Origin: Spirochaetota bacterium
GTDB lineage: Bacteria; Spirochaetota; UBA4802; UBA5550
DNA length: 64,000 nucleotides
Reading direction: 5' to 3'
Assembly (NCBI GenBank): GCA_050298055.1
Contig: JBNKTL010000025.1
Location: forward strand, 11,538-75,537
The notes below the pieces were generated by a model. It was not told where the DNA came from. It worked only from the letters and a program-made list of their open reading frames with translations, and did not search any database. The translations under genes were made by a program, and so were the position numbers. Positions 19,826 through 29,410 of the stretch are shown piece after piece (positions within the stretch are counted from its first letter, which is position 1; the number at the start of each line of letters is the position of its first letter).

Positions 19826-20030
19826 CAGTCCAGTAGATCATTGCGGAAAACGTAATACAGGAATATTATTTACCGGAGAAAGCCGTGCTCTTGTTAAAAT
19901 GGCGGATAACAAGAAAAGCCGCCGGGAAAATACCGGACGGCTTTTTTATTTTAACAACCGGATTTTTTTCATACCGGAATTACTACCATCCGCATCCGCG
20001 GTACCATCCGCCTCTGCCGTAACCCCTTGA
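19826..20030. repeat. Direct repeat copy 2
   Basis: Near-identical to 19069-19276; contains the functional 3' end of the 19983-20402 gene. Confidence 0.9.
19914..19952. terminator. Putative intrinsic terminator (duplicate of 19158-19200)
   Basis: AAAAGCCG-CCGG...CCGG-A-CGGCTTTTTT hairpin flanked by A and T tracts. Confidence 0.65.
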
Positions 20031-20402
20031 CTGGTAAAATTTCTCTTTCTGTTTTGCTGTAAGCACTTTGTCGATCTCTTTTCGCTGTTCTTCCCTCAGT
20101 GAGTAAATTTTATCCGTGTTGTTCCTGTTCCTGAAAATCTTTTCCCTGTACTCTGAATTAATTTTGTGAATCTTTTCAATCTGTTTCTCAGTGAGACCAA
20201 GTTCAGATTTGAAGTTATCATATCCTCCGTAACCGGGGCCATGCATAAAACCGGGTCCCATCATATGGCCGTAACCATATCCGTATCCCCTGTGACCATA
20301 TCCCATACCCCATCCCTGTGAAAACAGGTCGCTCACAACAAATGTTACTGCTCCGGCAACCAGAAGGGCGAGTATTCCAAGTTTGAGTTTTTTGTTCATC
20401 AT
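19983..20402 (-). CDS. Spy/CpxP/ZraP-like periplasmic protein
   Basis: Signal peptide, Gly/Met/His-rich segment, LGLTEKQ and VLTAKQ (LTxxQ) motifs. Confidence 0.8.
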   Translation of the reverse strand: MMNKKLKLGILALLVAGAVTFVVSDLFSQGWGMGYGHRGYGYGYGHMMGPGFMHGPGYGGYDNFKSELGLTEKQIEKIHKINSEYREKIFRNRNNTDKIYSLREEQRKEIDKVLTAKQKEKFYQSRGYGRGGWYRGCGW

Positions 20403-20484
20403 CCTTACCTCATTTTTTTAAATTTTACCTGTTTGACCCGGGTAATTGAAAAATGGTTCCCTCTTAAAAAATATTTTCAAAAAC

Positions 20485-20540
20485 TTGACAATTTTATAAT
20501 AAAGTAGTATCTTGGATATAGATATAGGGGGTATGGGTAT
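20485..20540 (+). promoter_or_regulatory. Sigma70-type promoter of csoR-copA plus G-tract candidate CsoR operator
   Basis: TTGACA (20485-20490), 17-bp spacer, TATCTT (20508-20513); TATAGGGGGTATGGGTAT immediately downstream. Confidence 0.6.
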
Positions 20541-20861
20541 ATGGAAAAAGGAAAAAACCGGAAAGAGGGCCATCACGTGGCCAAAAGAAAGGCCCATCAC
20601 TCAGATGAGAAAAAAGAGAACATGGTGAGCAGGCTGCACAGGATAGAAGGCCAGGTACGGGGAATTGCCCGGATGATTGATGAAGATGTCTATTGCGACG
20701 ATGTTCTGCACCAGATCTCATCTGTGGAATCGGCCCTTCACGGTGTGAAAACGGTACTCCTTGAAGCCCACATGAACAGCTGTGTCATTGAACAGATCAG
20801 AGAGGGGAAGGATGAGGTCATGGATGAACTTCTTGTAACGCTGAGAAAATTCTTAAAGTAG
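20541..20861 (+). CDS. csoR: Copper-sensing repressor, CsoR family
   Basis: RLHRIEGQVRGI, YCDDVL.Q, EAHMNSC (Cys-His-Cys ligands); precedes copA. Confidence 0.92.
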   Translation: MEKGKNRKEGHHVAKRKAHHSDEKKENMVSRLHRIEGQVRGIARMIDEDVYCDDVLHQISSVESALHGVKTVLLEAHMNSCVIEQIREGKDEVMDELLVTLRKFLK

Positions 20862-20931
20862 TGCCAAACCTCATTCATGTTGCATAGTACCGGGAGAGCA
20901 TAAACATTAAGAGAATGACAGGAGACTGACA

Positions 20932-23385
20932 ATGAAAGAGGAAACGCTTAATATAACCGGGATGTCATGCGCATCCTGCGCAATGCGGATAGAGAAGGGG
21001 CTTCTCAAGGAAGCCGGTGTGAAGAATGTCAATGTCAACCTTGCGCTGGAAAAGGCAACAGTTGAATACGATGAAAACCTGCTCAACAACGGGAAAATAT
21101 CGGAAAAGATAAAGGACCTGGGATACGGGGTAATTGAGAAAGAACCTGAAACGAAAAAAAACGAGACGGAGATCAATGTACTGGGAATGAGCTGCGCGTC
21201 ATGCGTGGGGAGGGTCGAGAAGGCCATCAACAAACTTCCCGGTATTGTGTCATCCAGTGTCAACCTGGCCACGGAGAGGGCCCATGTCGAATTTGAAAAA
21301 TCTCTCGTAGATGTGGAAACAATTCTGAAAACCGTTGAAGAGGCGGGCTACCAGGCAAGCGAGGTCATGACTGAGGCGGGAGACAGGGAAAAGGAGGCCC
21401 GTGACAGGGAGACCGGGGGTCTGAGACTGAGACTTGTTGCCGCTGCCCTCCTCAGTTCGCCCCTTCTCCTGGCTATGATAACGGTAATGGCGGGGATAAA
21501 GATACCTTTTCTTCATAATCCTTTCTTCCAGCTTGCCGTGACCACGCCCGTACAGTTTATTATTGGCTGGAGATTTTACAAGAATTCATACCACAGCCTC
21601 AGAGCACTGAGCCCCGGTATGGACCTCCTTGTTGCCATGGGAACAAGCGCGGCGTATTTTTATAGTCTCTATAACGGGTTTTTCAGGACTTATCCTGCGG
21701 GAACAAAACCGGAACTCTATTTTGAGGCATCGGCAATACTGATTACCCTGATCCTTCTGGGAAAATACCTTGAGGCCAGGGCCAAGGGAAAGACTTCGGA
21801 AGCAATAAAGAAACTTATCGGGCTGCAGCCGAAAAAGGCGCGGATCGTGCGGGACGGAAAAGAATCCGATATCCCCATAGAGAACCTTCGGGTGGGCGAC
21901 CGTGTGGTCGTGAGACCGGGAGAAAGAATAGCCGTTGACGGGATTGTTGCCGGGGGAGAAACATCCATCGATGAAAGCATGCTCACGGGTGAGAGCATCC
22001 CGGTTGATAAAGCTGCCGGTGACACTGTTTTCGGGGGTACCATCAATAAAAACGGTACAATTACCTTCACCTCCACAAAGGTAGGGAAGGACACTCTCCT
22101 GGCCAGGATCATAAAGGTTGTGGAGGACGCCCAGGGGTCCAAGGCCCCCATACAGCACCTTGCGGACAGGGTTGCTGGGATATTCGTTCCTGTGGTCCTT
22201 TCCATAGCCGTTGCAACGTTTATCGTATGGAATTTCGTTGTGGGAAACAGTACAATGGCCTTTATTGCGGGAGTCTCTGTCCTTGTCATTGCCTGTCCCT
22301 GCGCCCTGGGACTGGCAACGCCAACAGCCATCATGGTGGGAACAGGTCTGGGTGCCGAAAACGGTATTCTCATAAAGAACGGAGAGAGCCTGGAACAGGC
22401 CCTCCGGATAAATGCCGTTGTTCTGGACAAAACAGGAACAATTACAAAGGGAGAACCTGCGGTCACGGATATTGTTCCCCTTAACGGGAGCGATGAAAAA
22501 GAACTTCTTGAATACGCGGCAGTTGCCGAGAAAAAATCGGAGCATCCCCTGGGTGAGGCCGTTGTGAAAAAAGCGAAAGAGACCATGGTAGATATTAAGG
22601 ACCCGGAAAGCTTCACTGCCCTTCCCGGAAAAGGGGTCAGAGCGGAATTTCAAGGAATGACAATAATTGCGGGGAAAAAGAACCTCCTGGATGAGAAGGG
22701 AATTGATACGGCCGGGGGAAAGAAAAAAGCCGGAGAGCTTGAGGGTGAAGGGAAAACAGCGGTCTTTATAGCAAAGGACAGCTCTCTCATGGGGATTATT
22801 GGAATAGCCGATACGGTGAAAGAGGATTCGGCCCCGGCCATCCGGAAGATGAAGGAGATGAAGATTGATGTTTATATGATAACAGGAGATAACCGGAGGA
22901 CCGCGGAAGCGATCGGCAGCCAGGTGGGTATCCCCGGGGACCGGATCCTTTCTCAGGTGCTTCCGGAGGATAAGGCTAGGGAGGTGAAAAAGCTCCGGGA
23001 AAAGGGCCTTGTTGTTGCCATGGTGGGTGACGGGATCAACGATGCCCCGGCCCTAGCAACTGCTGATATCGGAATGGCAATGGGGACAGGGAGCGATGTA
23101 GCCATTGAATCGGGCGATATAACACTGGTGAAGGGAAGCCTCCGGTCCGTTGTTTCGGCGATCAGGCTCTCCCGGAAAACAATGAGCAAGATAAAGCAGA
23201 ACCTCTTCTGGGCGTTTATCTACAATGTGATCGGGATACCCATTGCCTTTCTGGGACTTTTAAACCCTGTTGTGGCGGGGGCCGCCATGGCTTTCAGTTC
23301 GGTTTCCGTGGTCAGCAACTCCCTGAGTCTCAAAAGGTTCAGGCTGGAAAAATATGTGATCGGTTTTATTTTATTTTGGGGATAA
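20932..23385 (+). CDS. copA: Cu(I)-translocating P1B-type ATPase
   Basis: Two GMSCASC HMA domains, TGES, CPCALGLATP, DKTGT, SEHPL, GDGIND, YN and MAFSS. Confidence 0.97.
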   Translation: MKEETLNITGMSCASCAMRIEKGLLKEAGVKNVNVNLALEKATVEYDENLLNNGKISEKIKDLGYGVIEKEPETKKNETEINVLGMSCASCVGRVEKAINKLPGIVSSSVNLATERAHVEFEKSLVDVETILKTVEEAGYQASEVMTEAGDREKEARDRETGGLRLRLVAAALLSSPLLLAMITVMAGIKIPFLHNPFFQLAVTTPVQFIIGWRFYKNSYHSLRALSPGMDLLVAMGTSAAYFYSLYNGFFRTYPAGTKPELYFEASAILITLILLGKYLEARAKGKTSEAIKKLIGLQPKKARIVRDGKESDIPIENLRVGDRVVVRPGERIAVDGIVAGGETSIDESMLTGESIPVDKAAGDTVFGGTINKNGTITFTSTKVGKDTLLARIIKVVEDAQGSKAPIQHLADRVAGIFVPVVLSIAVATFIVWNFVVGNSTMAFIAGVSVLVIACPCALGLATPTAIMVGTGLGAENGILIKNGESLEQALRINAVVLDKTGTITKGEPAVTDIVPLNGSDEKELLEYAAVAEKKSEHPLGEAVVKKAKETMVDIKDPESFTALPGKGVRAEFQGMTIIAGKKNLLDEKGIDTAGGKKKAGELEGEGKTAVFIAKDSSLMGIIGIADTVKEDSAPAIRKMKEMKIDVYMITGDNRRTAEAIGSQVGIPGDRILSQVLPEDKAREVKKLREKGLVVAMVGDGINDAPALATADIGMAMGTGSDVAIESGDITLVKGSLRSVVSAIRLSRKTMSKIKQNLFWAFIYNVIGIPIAFLGLLNPVVAGAAMAFSSVSVVSNSLSLKRFRLEKYVIGFILFWG

Positions 23386-24223
23386 TTTTTTCCAGCCACG
23401 CCGATACCATTTTCAGGACTTTTTTCCTTTCGGGTTCGACCTCGTTCATGGTCTCATGCCTGAGGCCCTCAAAGAGCCGGAGGGTGGAATTCTTCGGGTT
23501 GCAGTTTTTGAAAAATTCTTCTGTGCCCCTGTAGTCCACGATCCCGTCCTCCTTCCCGTGAAAGAGCAGGAGGGGTATTTTCAGTTCGCTTCCCCTGGTA
23601 ATGCATTCCTCCCGTGCCGCGGTTGTCTCGGTAAACCATCGTGCGGAGACCAGTGAATGTACCAGGGGGTCTTCCGCGTAATTGTCTACCGTTTCCCTGT
23701 CAGATGAAATCTCCCGGGGATCGAGCCCTGTGGGCATGCTGAGCCCGGGAACAATCCCGGAGAGAAGTCTCCCCATGAAGACCTTCCATCCCGGGACCTC
23801 CATTGCGGTCTTCAGGTAGGGGGAGGATAATATCAGGCCCTTGATATCTTCCTGATGATCGAGGGCATACTTCAGCGCGATCAGCCCTCCCATGCTGTGG
23901 CCCAGCATGAGAATGGGGAGTTTTTCCTGCTCTCCCCTGACCAGTTTTATAAAAATCCCGATATCATCGGTATAGTCCGTGAACCTGTCAATATGGCCTT
24001 TCTTTCCCCCTGACCGTCCGTGGCCCCTGAGGTCGAAGGAGTATAGGGATATCTTTTTATTTTTCAATTCATCGAGAATGTTCCCGTACCTGCCGGAGTG
24101 TTCGCCCACTCCATGAATGACAACGAGTATTGCCCGGGGTTTCTTACAGATCCATTTCCGGAAGAATATCTCCACTCCTCCTTTTCCGATAAATGTCCCG
24201 GTTTCTCTTTCGTAGTTACTCAT
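23366..24223 (-). CDS. Alpha/beta hydrolase (lysophospholipase/monoacylglycerol lipase)
   Basis: HGVGEHSGRY, DLRGHG, GHSMGG, HETMNE. Confidence 0.92.
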   Translation of the reverse strand: MSNYERETGTFIGKGGVEIFFRKWICKKPRAILVVIHGVGEHSGRYGNILDELKNKKISLYSFDLRGHGRSGGKKGHIDRFTDYTDDIGIFIKLVRGEQEKLPILMLGHSMGGLIALKYALDHQEDIKGLILSSPYLKTAMEVPGWKVFMGRLLSGIVPGLSMPTGLDPREISSDRETVDNYAEDPLVHSLVSARWFTETTAAREECITRGSELKIPLLLFHGKEDGIVDYRGTEEFFKNCNPKNSTLRLFEGLRHETMNEVEPERKKVLKMVSAWLEKIIPKIK

Positions 24224-24277
24224 AGCTCCTCCTTGCTTTTCCTGTGATTCTGTTCCTTATTTATATCATCGCTGATA

Positions 24278-24799
24278 TTATTCTTTCATCATTTGATCCA
24301 ATAGTTTCCAGCTGAGCATCAGTTTCATCCGGTGTCCCGGCAGTTCCTCAAAATCAAAGTGCCGGTAAAATGATTTCGCATTTACTGTTGCACAGTCCAA
24401 TAAAACAGCAATAAAGGGCATGACCTGACCGGTACTATGGCAGTCAACAAGAGCCTGAGCCAATAGTCTTTTCCCAAGTCCCCTGTTTTGAAATCTTTGA
24501 TCTAAACCAAGCCATGCCAGAGTAATTACAGGTAACAAAGTACCTGGCATTTTTTTTGCCATATCAATTGGAAGTAAATCAAAATTTACCTGTCCCATAG
24601 CCAGGGTATAGTATCCTGCAATAATATCAGTTTCTTTTACAAGAACTCGTGTAATGGAAAGTCGTTTTTTCTGTGCCTGATGAGCATGTTTTTTTAACCA
24701 TTCATCCACTGATTCAGTTCCACTATTGAAAGAACTTCTCTTATGGCTTTTTTTAAGTTGTTCAATGGAAAAACCATCAGGCCAGGATACCTGCCTCAT
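24278..24799 (-). CDS. GNAT-family toxin (TacT/AtaT-like)
   Basis: H.R..F.SG...D.WL, GYYTL, LGLDQRFQNRGLGKRLL acetyl-CoA motif, A.SFY.HFDF; overlaps the antitoxin stop codon. Confidence 0.88.
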   Translation of the reverse strand: MRQVSWPDGFSIEQLKKSHKRSSFNSGTESVDEWLKKHAHQAQKKRLSITRVLVKETDIIAGYYTLAMGQVNFDLLPIDMAKKMPGTLLPVITLAWLGLDQRFQNRGLGKRLLAQALVDCHSTGQVMPFIAVLLDCATVNAKSFYRHFDFEELPGHRMKLMLSWKLLDQMMKE

Positions 24800-25071
24800 T
24801 GGTCACCCTGCATTATTTTCCCAAGAGCACGTTGTTTTTCCGTTGGTTTTCCCGGAGCCTGTAAGGCATGCCAGAATCGTTCCTGCTCATCGGCTGTCAT
24901 CTGGAGGACCCGGTTTTTAGCCAGTTCAATTTCCCGCCGGGCAGTGGGGACAAGTACCAGGCGGATATAATCAGAAAGACCAACATGACGCAGTTTTGCC
25001 GCTTCAATTATTGCTTTTTTATTTTTTGGGTCAAGCCGCACCTGCAATGTTGTTTTTTTTATATCAGTCAT
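24796..25071 (-). CDS. DUF1778 ribbon-helix-helix antitoxin (TacA/AtaR-like)
   Basis: LQVRL....K..I.EAA......LSDYI...F..AL..P..P pattern, directly upstream of the GNAT gene. Confidence 0.88.
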   Translation of the reverse strand: MTDIKKTTLQVRLDPKNKKAIIEAAKLRHVGLSDYIRLVLVPTARREIELAKNRVLQMTADEQERFWHALQAPGKPTEKQRALGKIMQGDQ

Positions 25072-25089
25072 GTATCACCTCTTTTTCGC

Positions 25090-25118
25090 AATGTACTGCA
25101 TTCTGCATGCATTGTCAA
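25090..25118 (-). promoter_or_regulatory. Sigma70-type promoter of the toxin-antitoxin operon
   Basis: Minus strand TTGACA, 17-bp spacer, TACATT. Confidence 0.55.
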
Positions 25119-25223
25119 GCAAAACATTTTTGGCTCTTGCCGGAATGCAGGGAAAAATAAAGTCTTTGTGATTTTTGCATGACAACGCTATCCCCGTTAT
25201 TAACGTGATACTTATTTTTAAAA

Positions 25224-26237
25224 TTACTTAAAAGGATAAAATACCGGCGGCGCCCCGGCAGTTCGATTCTGTACTCTCATGATAAAACCATCGGTTTTTG
25301 GCAATCCTTTAAAAATATCCAATTCGGCTATACTCTCTGCGGCCAAACATGCGATTTCCGCGATTTTATTTGAAACAGCATACCTGACACTTGTAAGGTT
25401 ATCATCATCTAAATTTTCAGGCCGTTCGCTGGAAAACCAGCTTGATAAATTTAAGGGAGAAGGCCACGGGTATTTCGTTTTCCCGGAGATACCGCCAAAG
25501 ACACTCTCTTTCTCAAAGTTAGATGACCATGCAATAACTATTCTCTCTAAAGGTTCAATGTCCTGTTCGGACAACCAGAATATGAACTCTTTAAAAACGG
25601 GAATCAATTCATCTGAGCATTTACGAACATCAATATTTTTTAAATGATTCATAAATGTATTTTCTCTTGTACCTTCTTCAGTATAACAACTGGCAGCGCT
25701 ATGAAGTCGTTTCAGCCTTACATTGCCATAGTCAATTTCATGCTTTTCTCCTTTATGAATATATAATTCGTTGTTTTCCCATCCGGAGTGAGCCCCAACA
25801 CTAAAAACGATTTTTTCTTCACGGGGAAGGCTTAAAAACTCAGTTGTTTTGCAGGCAGCGGGTAACACTTTTTGATAGCAAAGTGCTAAAAATTGAGCAA
25901 CCAGGTTAAGCCTGCTTTCAAATTCAGAAAGGTCTTCATCTTTACTCACTATACCCCATTCATATAAGTCCGGACTGCTTCCTTCACTTACCATGCATAC
26001 GCCTTTTTTATTAAACAGGGAAGAATAGAGGTAGCCCTGACTATCAACTTCAATTTTAATTTCCGAAACAGGTTCTAAAACAGGTTCTCCCGTAAGATCC
26101 GGATCCATCCAATTGAGAAAGTGACCGGGCAGTTCTTCCTGCAGCCTTGACGTAAAATTATCAACTGATAATACCTCTGCTTTATCTCCTTCATAATTTT
26201 TTAATGATTTTTCAAATTCGCTTTCCAGTATACTCAT
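25224..26237 (-). CDS. Hypothetical acidic protein
   Basis: 337-aa ORF with AGGAG RBS; AT-rich; no family confidently recognised. Confidence 0.7.
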   Translation of the reverse strand: MSILESEFEKSLKNYEGDKAEVLSVDNFTSRLQEELPGHFLNWMDPDLTGEPVLEPVSEIKIEVDSQGYLYSSLFNKKGVCMVSEGSSPDLYEWGIVSKDEDLSEFESRLNLVAQFLALCYQKVLPAACKTTEFLSLPREEKIVFSVGAHSGWENNELYIHKGEKHEIDYGNVRLKRLHSAASCYTEEGTRENTFMNHLKNIDVRKCSDELIPVFKEFIFWLSEQDIEPLERIVIAWSSNFEKESVFGGISGKTKYPWPSPLNLSSWFSSERPENLDDDNLTSVRYAVSNKIAEIACLAAESIAELDIFKGLPKTDGFIMRVQNRTAGAPPVFYPFK

Positions 26238-26618
26238 ACAAAACTCCTGTTGGGATCTGACAGATAAAATTTTAATTACTGGTCACAGGACTTTCTGTCA
26301 ACAGATTAATATTCAATAAAATACCTCCGGGAGAATCATGCTCATGAAGATAACGTAAACCCTTCATTTACAAACAGACTCGATTCATCGATTTTGGACC
26401 AATTAATTCTCATTTACGCTTTCTCACGGGAAATTTTATCTTGACAGATATTCATGTTGACCATGAATTTCCATAGAAACTAGTAATGACAGATTTCCGG
26501 CTGCTCAAATACAGAGATAACGCAGCCAGTTCAGATCCTGCTGATCATCTTGCATTTGCGTAGAAAAACCGGAAAATCAGTAATAATCCAGATTCAATAT
26601 TAAACCAGGGGCTTTACC

Positions 26619-27761
26619 ATGTGTCGATTAGCACTTAAAACAGCATTGGAACCGTTTTCACCCTACAGCGTCCTTACAGCAATGGAGGCCATGCAGGAGG
26701 GTTATGACGGCAGCGGGCTCGGCCTCCTGCTCCGGGGGATAAAGTTTTCCGATTTTGATTATAAGCGGAAGGATCCCATTTTGTCCGGGATTGCCCACAC
26801 ACCGGAAGCCCTGAAAAGGCTCGATGACGCCATGCTGGAGAGGGGATTCACCCTCAGTTACGATCATGAGTTCAAACAGGACTTCAGTTTTATCGAAGCA
26901 AAGGACAGGCACAAGTACTTTCTCAGGGTCTACAGACCCTCGGAGGCTCATGAACAGTATTCAAAGGAAGAATTTGAAAATTACCTGATGATGACAAGGC
27001 TCGCGTTGAGAAAAAACGGGGAAGAGAATAACGGCGACCTGACGGTTTTTTCCTTTTATCCCGAAGTGGCAATGATCAAAGAGGTGGGATGGCCCCTTGT
27101 TGTGGGCGATGCCCTTGGCCTTAATGATAACAGGATCAAGGCCCGGGTAGTCATGGCACAGGGACGGCAGAACACCAACTGGGGCATAAACCTCTACGCC
27201 TGCCATCCTTTTTTCATCGAGGGAATTTCCACAATGACAAACGGAGAGAACACCGCGTTTATTCCCATAAAGGAATGGCTTATCGGGAAAGGATATCCCG
27301 GTTACGTGGGATACCAGAGTGACAGTGAGGTCTTTGCCCATATCCTTCACTATGTTTTAAAGCAGCTCAGGCTTCCCTTGGAAGCATACAAGCACGTTAT
27401 AACGCCCCTGAAAACAGAAGAACTTGAAGGCCACCCCCAGGGTGATTTTCTGAAAGGCCTCAGGGACGTAACCAGGAGGCTGATCATTGACGGCCCCAAC
27501 TGCATCATGGGGACGATACCCGATGAAACATGTATTATGACCATGGACCACAAGAAGCTCCGCCCGGGAACAATCGGAGGTAAGCCGGGCGAATGGGCCA
27601 TGGCCTCGGAGATGTGCGGTGTGGATGCCATGATCCCTGACAGGGACAAATCCCTGGATTTTCAGCCAATGAGAGAGAATCTGATAATAGTTCCTCCGGA
27701 CAGAAAGGAGTATAAGATATGGTCTCAATTCAACCAGTTACAACTGAACCAAGTAGCCTGA
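26619..27761 (+). CDS. gltB: Glutamate synthase, class II glutamine amidotransferase subunit
   Basis: N-terminal MCR (Cys2 nucleophile), GYDGSG, RQNTN, HPF, NGE, SDSE, IDGP. Confidence 0.85.
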   Translation: MCRLALKTALEPFSPYSVLTAMEAMQEGYDGSGLGLLLRGIKFSDFDYKRKDPILSGIAHTPEALKRLDDAMLERGFTLSYDHEFKQDFSFIEAKDRHKYFLRVYRPSEAHEQYSKEEFENYLMMTRLALRKNGEENNGDLTVFSFYPEVAMIKEVGWPLVVGDALGLNDNRIKARVVMAQGRQNTNWGINLYACHPFFIEGISTMTNGENTAFIPIKEWLIGKGYPGYVGYQSDSEVFAHILHYVLKQLRLPLEAYKHVITPLKTEELEGHPQGDFLKGLRDVTRRLIIDGPNCIMGTIPDETCIMTMDHKKLRPGTIGGKPGEWAMASEMCGVDAMIPDRDKSLDFQPMRENLIIVPPDRKEYKIWSQFNQLQLNQVA

Positions 27762-29356
27762 CATACCACGATCTTCCGTGGATAATCCGGCACAGGGAGG
27801 ACAGGTGCACCCTCTGCGGGCAGTGTACTGCTGTCTGCCCTACGGGCGCTATCTATCTCACCTACAGAAGGCAGCGTATGCCCCGGCTGGATATTTATAA
27901 AAATGAACAGGGTAACACCTACCGGACCTTCACGGGGATAAGACAGAAGACAGAAGTCGAACACCGGTGTATCGGCTGCGGAACATGTTCAATGGTCTGT
28001 CCCAATGAAGCCATTACACCTGTAGCCAATAACAATATTGACAGGCAAAAGTTCCACATCTTCCAGAAAGGGGAAGCCTATAAACGGGGCGGAAGGAAAA
28101 ATGACAGCAGGTCTCTTCTTGACAGGATCATCTTTTCGCGGATATCCATGCTTACCGACCCCGCTCTTGATGCCGGTCGTCATGAATTCCAGTTGAATAC
28201 CATACTGGGAAGGATACTCTCCCCGGAGGAGTATCTCAGGCGGAAGGCAAAGGGGGAATGGATACCTCCCACACGGGAGATCTTTCCCTTTATTATCGGG
28301 TCCATGTCCTTTGGCGCCATGTCTCCCAACATGTGGCTGGGACTGTTGCAGGGTGTTGCTTACTGCAACGAGGTGCTGGGTATTCCTGTTGTCATGGCAA
28401 CCGGAGAGGGGGGGTGCCCGCCCTGGGTGCTCAGGAGCCCCTTCCTGAAATATATTATCCTCCAGATTGCCTCCGGTTATTTCGGATGGGACGAGATCAT
28501 TCGGGCCATCCCGGAGATGCAGTGCGACCCGGCGGCCATCGAGATAAAATACGGGCAGGGAGCGAAACCGGGTGACGGCGGACTTCTCATGTGGTTCAAG
28601 GTGAGCAAGCTTATCGCGCGGCTTCGGGGCGTTCCCGAAGGAGTGGACCTTCCGTCGCCTCCTGTTCACCAGACGCTCTATTCCATCGAGGAGAGTGTTA
28701 TGAAGATGATCCAGTCCCTCTCAATGGCATGGGGATTCAGGGTCCCTGTCTATCCGAAGATATCGGGGTCCAACTCCGCCAAGGCGGTACTCAACAACCT
28801 GGTGAGAAATCCCTACGCGGGGGGCCTCCTCATCGACGGAGTGGACGGAGGAACCGGGGCCGCGTACAATGTGAGCATGGACTCAATGGGTTACCCCATC
28901 GCTTCCAACCTCAGGGAGTGTTACCTGGACCTTGTGGCCCAGGGTAAACAGAACGAGATCCCCCTCTTTGCCGCGGGAGGAGTTGGAAAGAACGGAAACG
29001 TCGCGCAGAACGGCATGGGCCTCATCATGCTGGGGGCCAGCGGTGTCCATATGGGGAAGTATATGATGCAGGCCGCGGCCGGGTGTCTGGGCAGTGAAAT
29101 GAACAGGTGTAATGTCTGTAACCTGGGTATCTGTCCCAAGGGGATCACCAGCCAGAACCCGAAGATCTACAGGCGCCTTGATCCCGATAAGGTCGCTGAG
29201 AGGGTGGTGGACACCTTCTCCGCCATCAGGACCGAGATGAAGAAGATCATGGCGCCCCTGGGACGGTCTCAGTCTCTTCCCATCGGTATGAGTGACGCTA
29301 TCGGTATTGATAACCGGGATGAAGCGGAAAGGCTGAATATCAGGTATATCTGCTAG
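27719..29356 (+). CDS. gltB: Glutamate synthase FMN-binding subunit with N-terminal 2x[4Fe-4S] ferredoxin domain
   Basis: Two CxxCxxCxxxCP motifs; MSFGA, TGEGG, QIASG.FG, EIKYGQGAKPG.GG, DG..GGTGA, C...CN..ICP.GI.SQ. Confidence 0.9.
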   Translation: MVSIQPVTTEPSSLTYHDLPWIIRHREDRCTLCGQCTAVCPTGAIYLTYRRQRMPRLDIYKNEQGNTYRTFTGIRQKTEVEHRCIGCGTCSMVCPNEAITPVANNNIDRQKFHIFQKGEAYKRGGRKNDSRSLLDRIIFSRISMLTDPALDAGRHEFQLNTILGRILSPEEYLRRKAKGEWIPPTREIFPFIIGSMSFGAMSPNMWLGLLQGVAYCNEVLGIPVVMATGEGGCPPWVLRSPFLKYIILQIASGYFGWDEIIRAIPEMQCDPAAIEIKYGQGAKPGDGGLLMWFKVSKLIARLRGVPEGVDLPSPPVHQTLYSIEESVMKMIQSLSMAWGFRVPVYPKISGSNSAKAVLNNLVRNPYAGGLLIDGVDGGTGAAYNVSMDSMGYPIASNLRECYLDLVAQGKQNEIPLFAAGGVGKNGNVAQNGMGLIMLGASGVHMGKYMMQAAAGCLGSEMNRCNVCNLGICPKGITSQNPKIYRRLDPDKVAERVVDTFSAIRTEMKKIMAPLGRSQSLPIGMSDAIGIDNRDEAERLNIRYIC

Positions 29357-29410
29357 GGTTTTCAGGATATCAGGGAAAAAGAGAAGAATTGAATTACAGG
29401 AAGATATAAC

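Noticed and set aside
19084..20030. Plus-strand ORFs 19084-19452 and 19776-20030 with similar peptides (GESRALV)
   Set aside because: The similarity comes from the DNA duplication, and both read through terminator hairpins.
21586..22653. Long antisense ORFs (355 and 299 aa) inside copA, and a 411-aa one at 30293-31528 inside the gltD fusion
   Set aside because: Shadow ORFs opposite well-supported genes.
23366..23385. Convergent 3' overlaps (copA/hydrolase 20 bp, padR/CNB 18 bp, GGDEF/DAHP synthase 4 bp)
   Set aside because: Short tail-to-tail overlaps are common in compact genomes and both partners are intact in each case.
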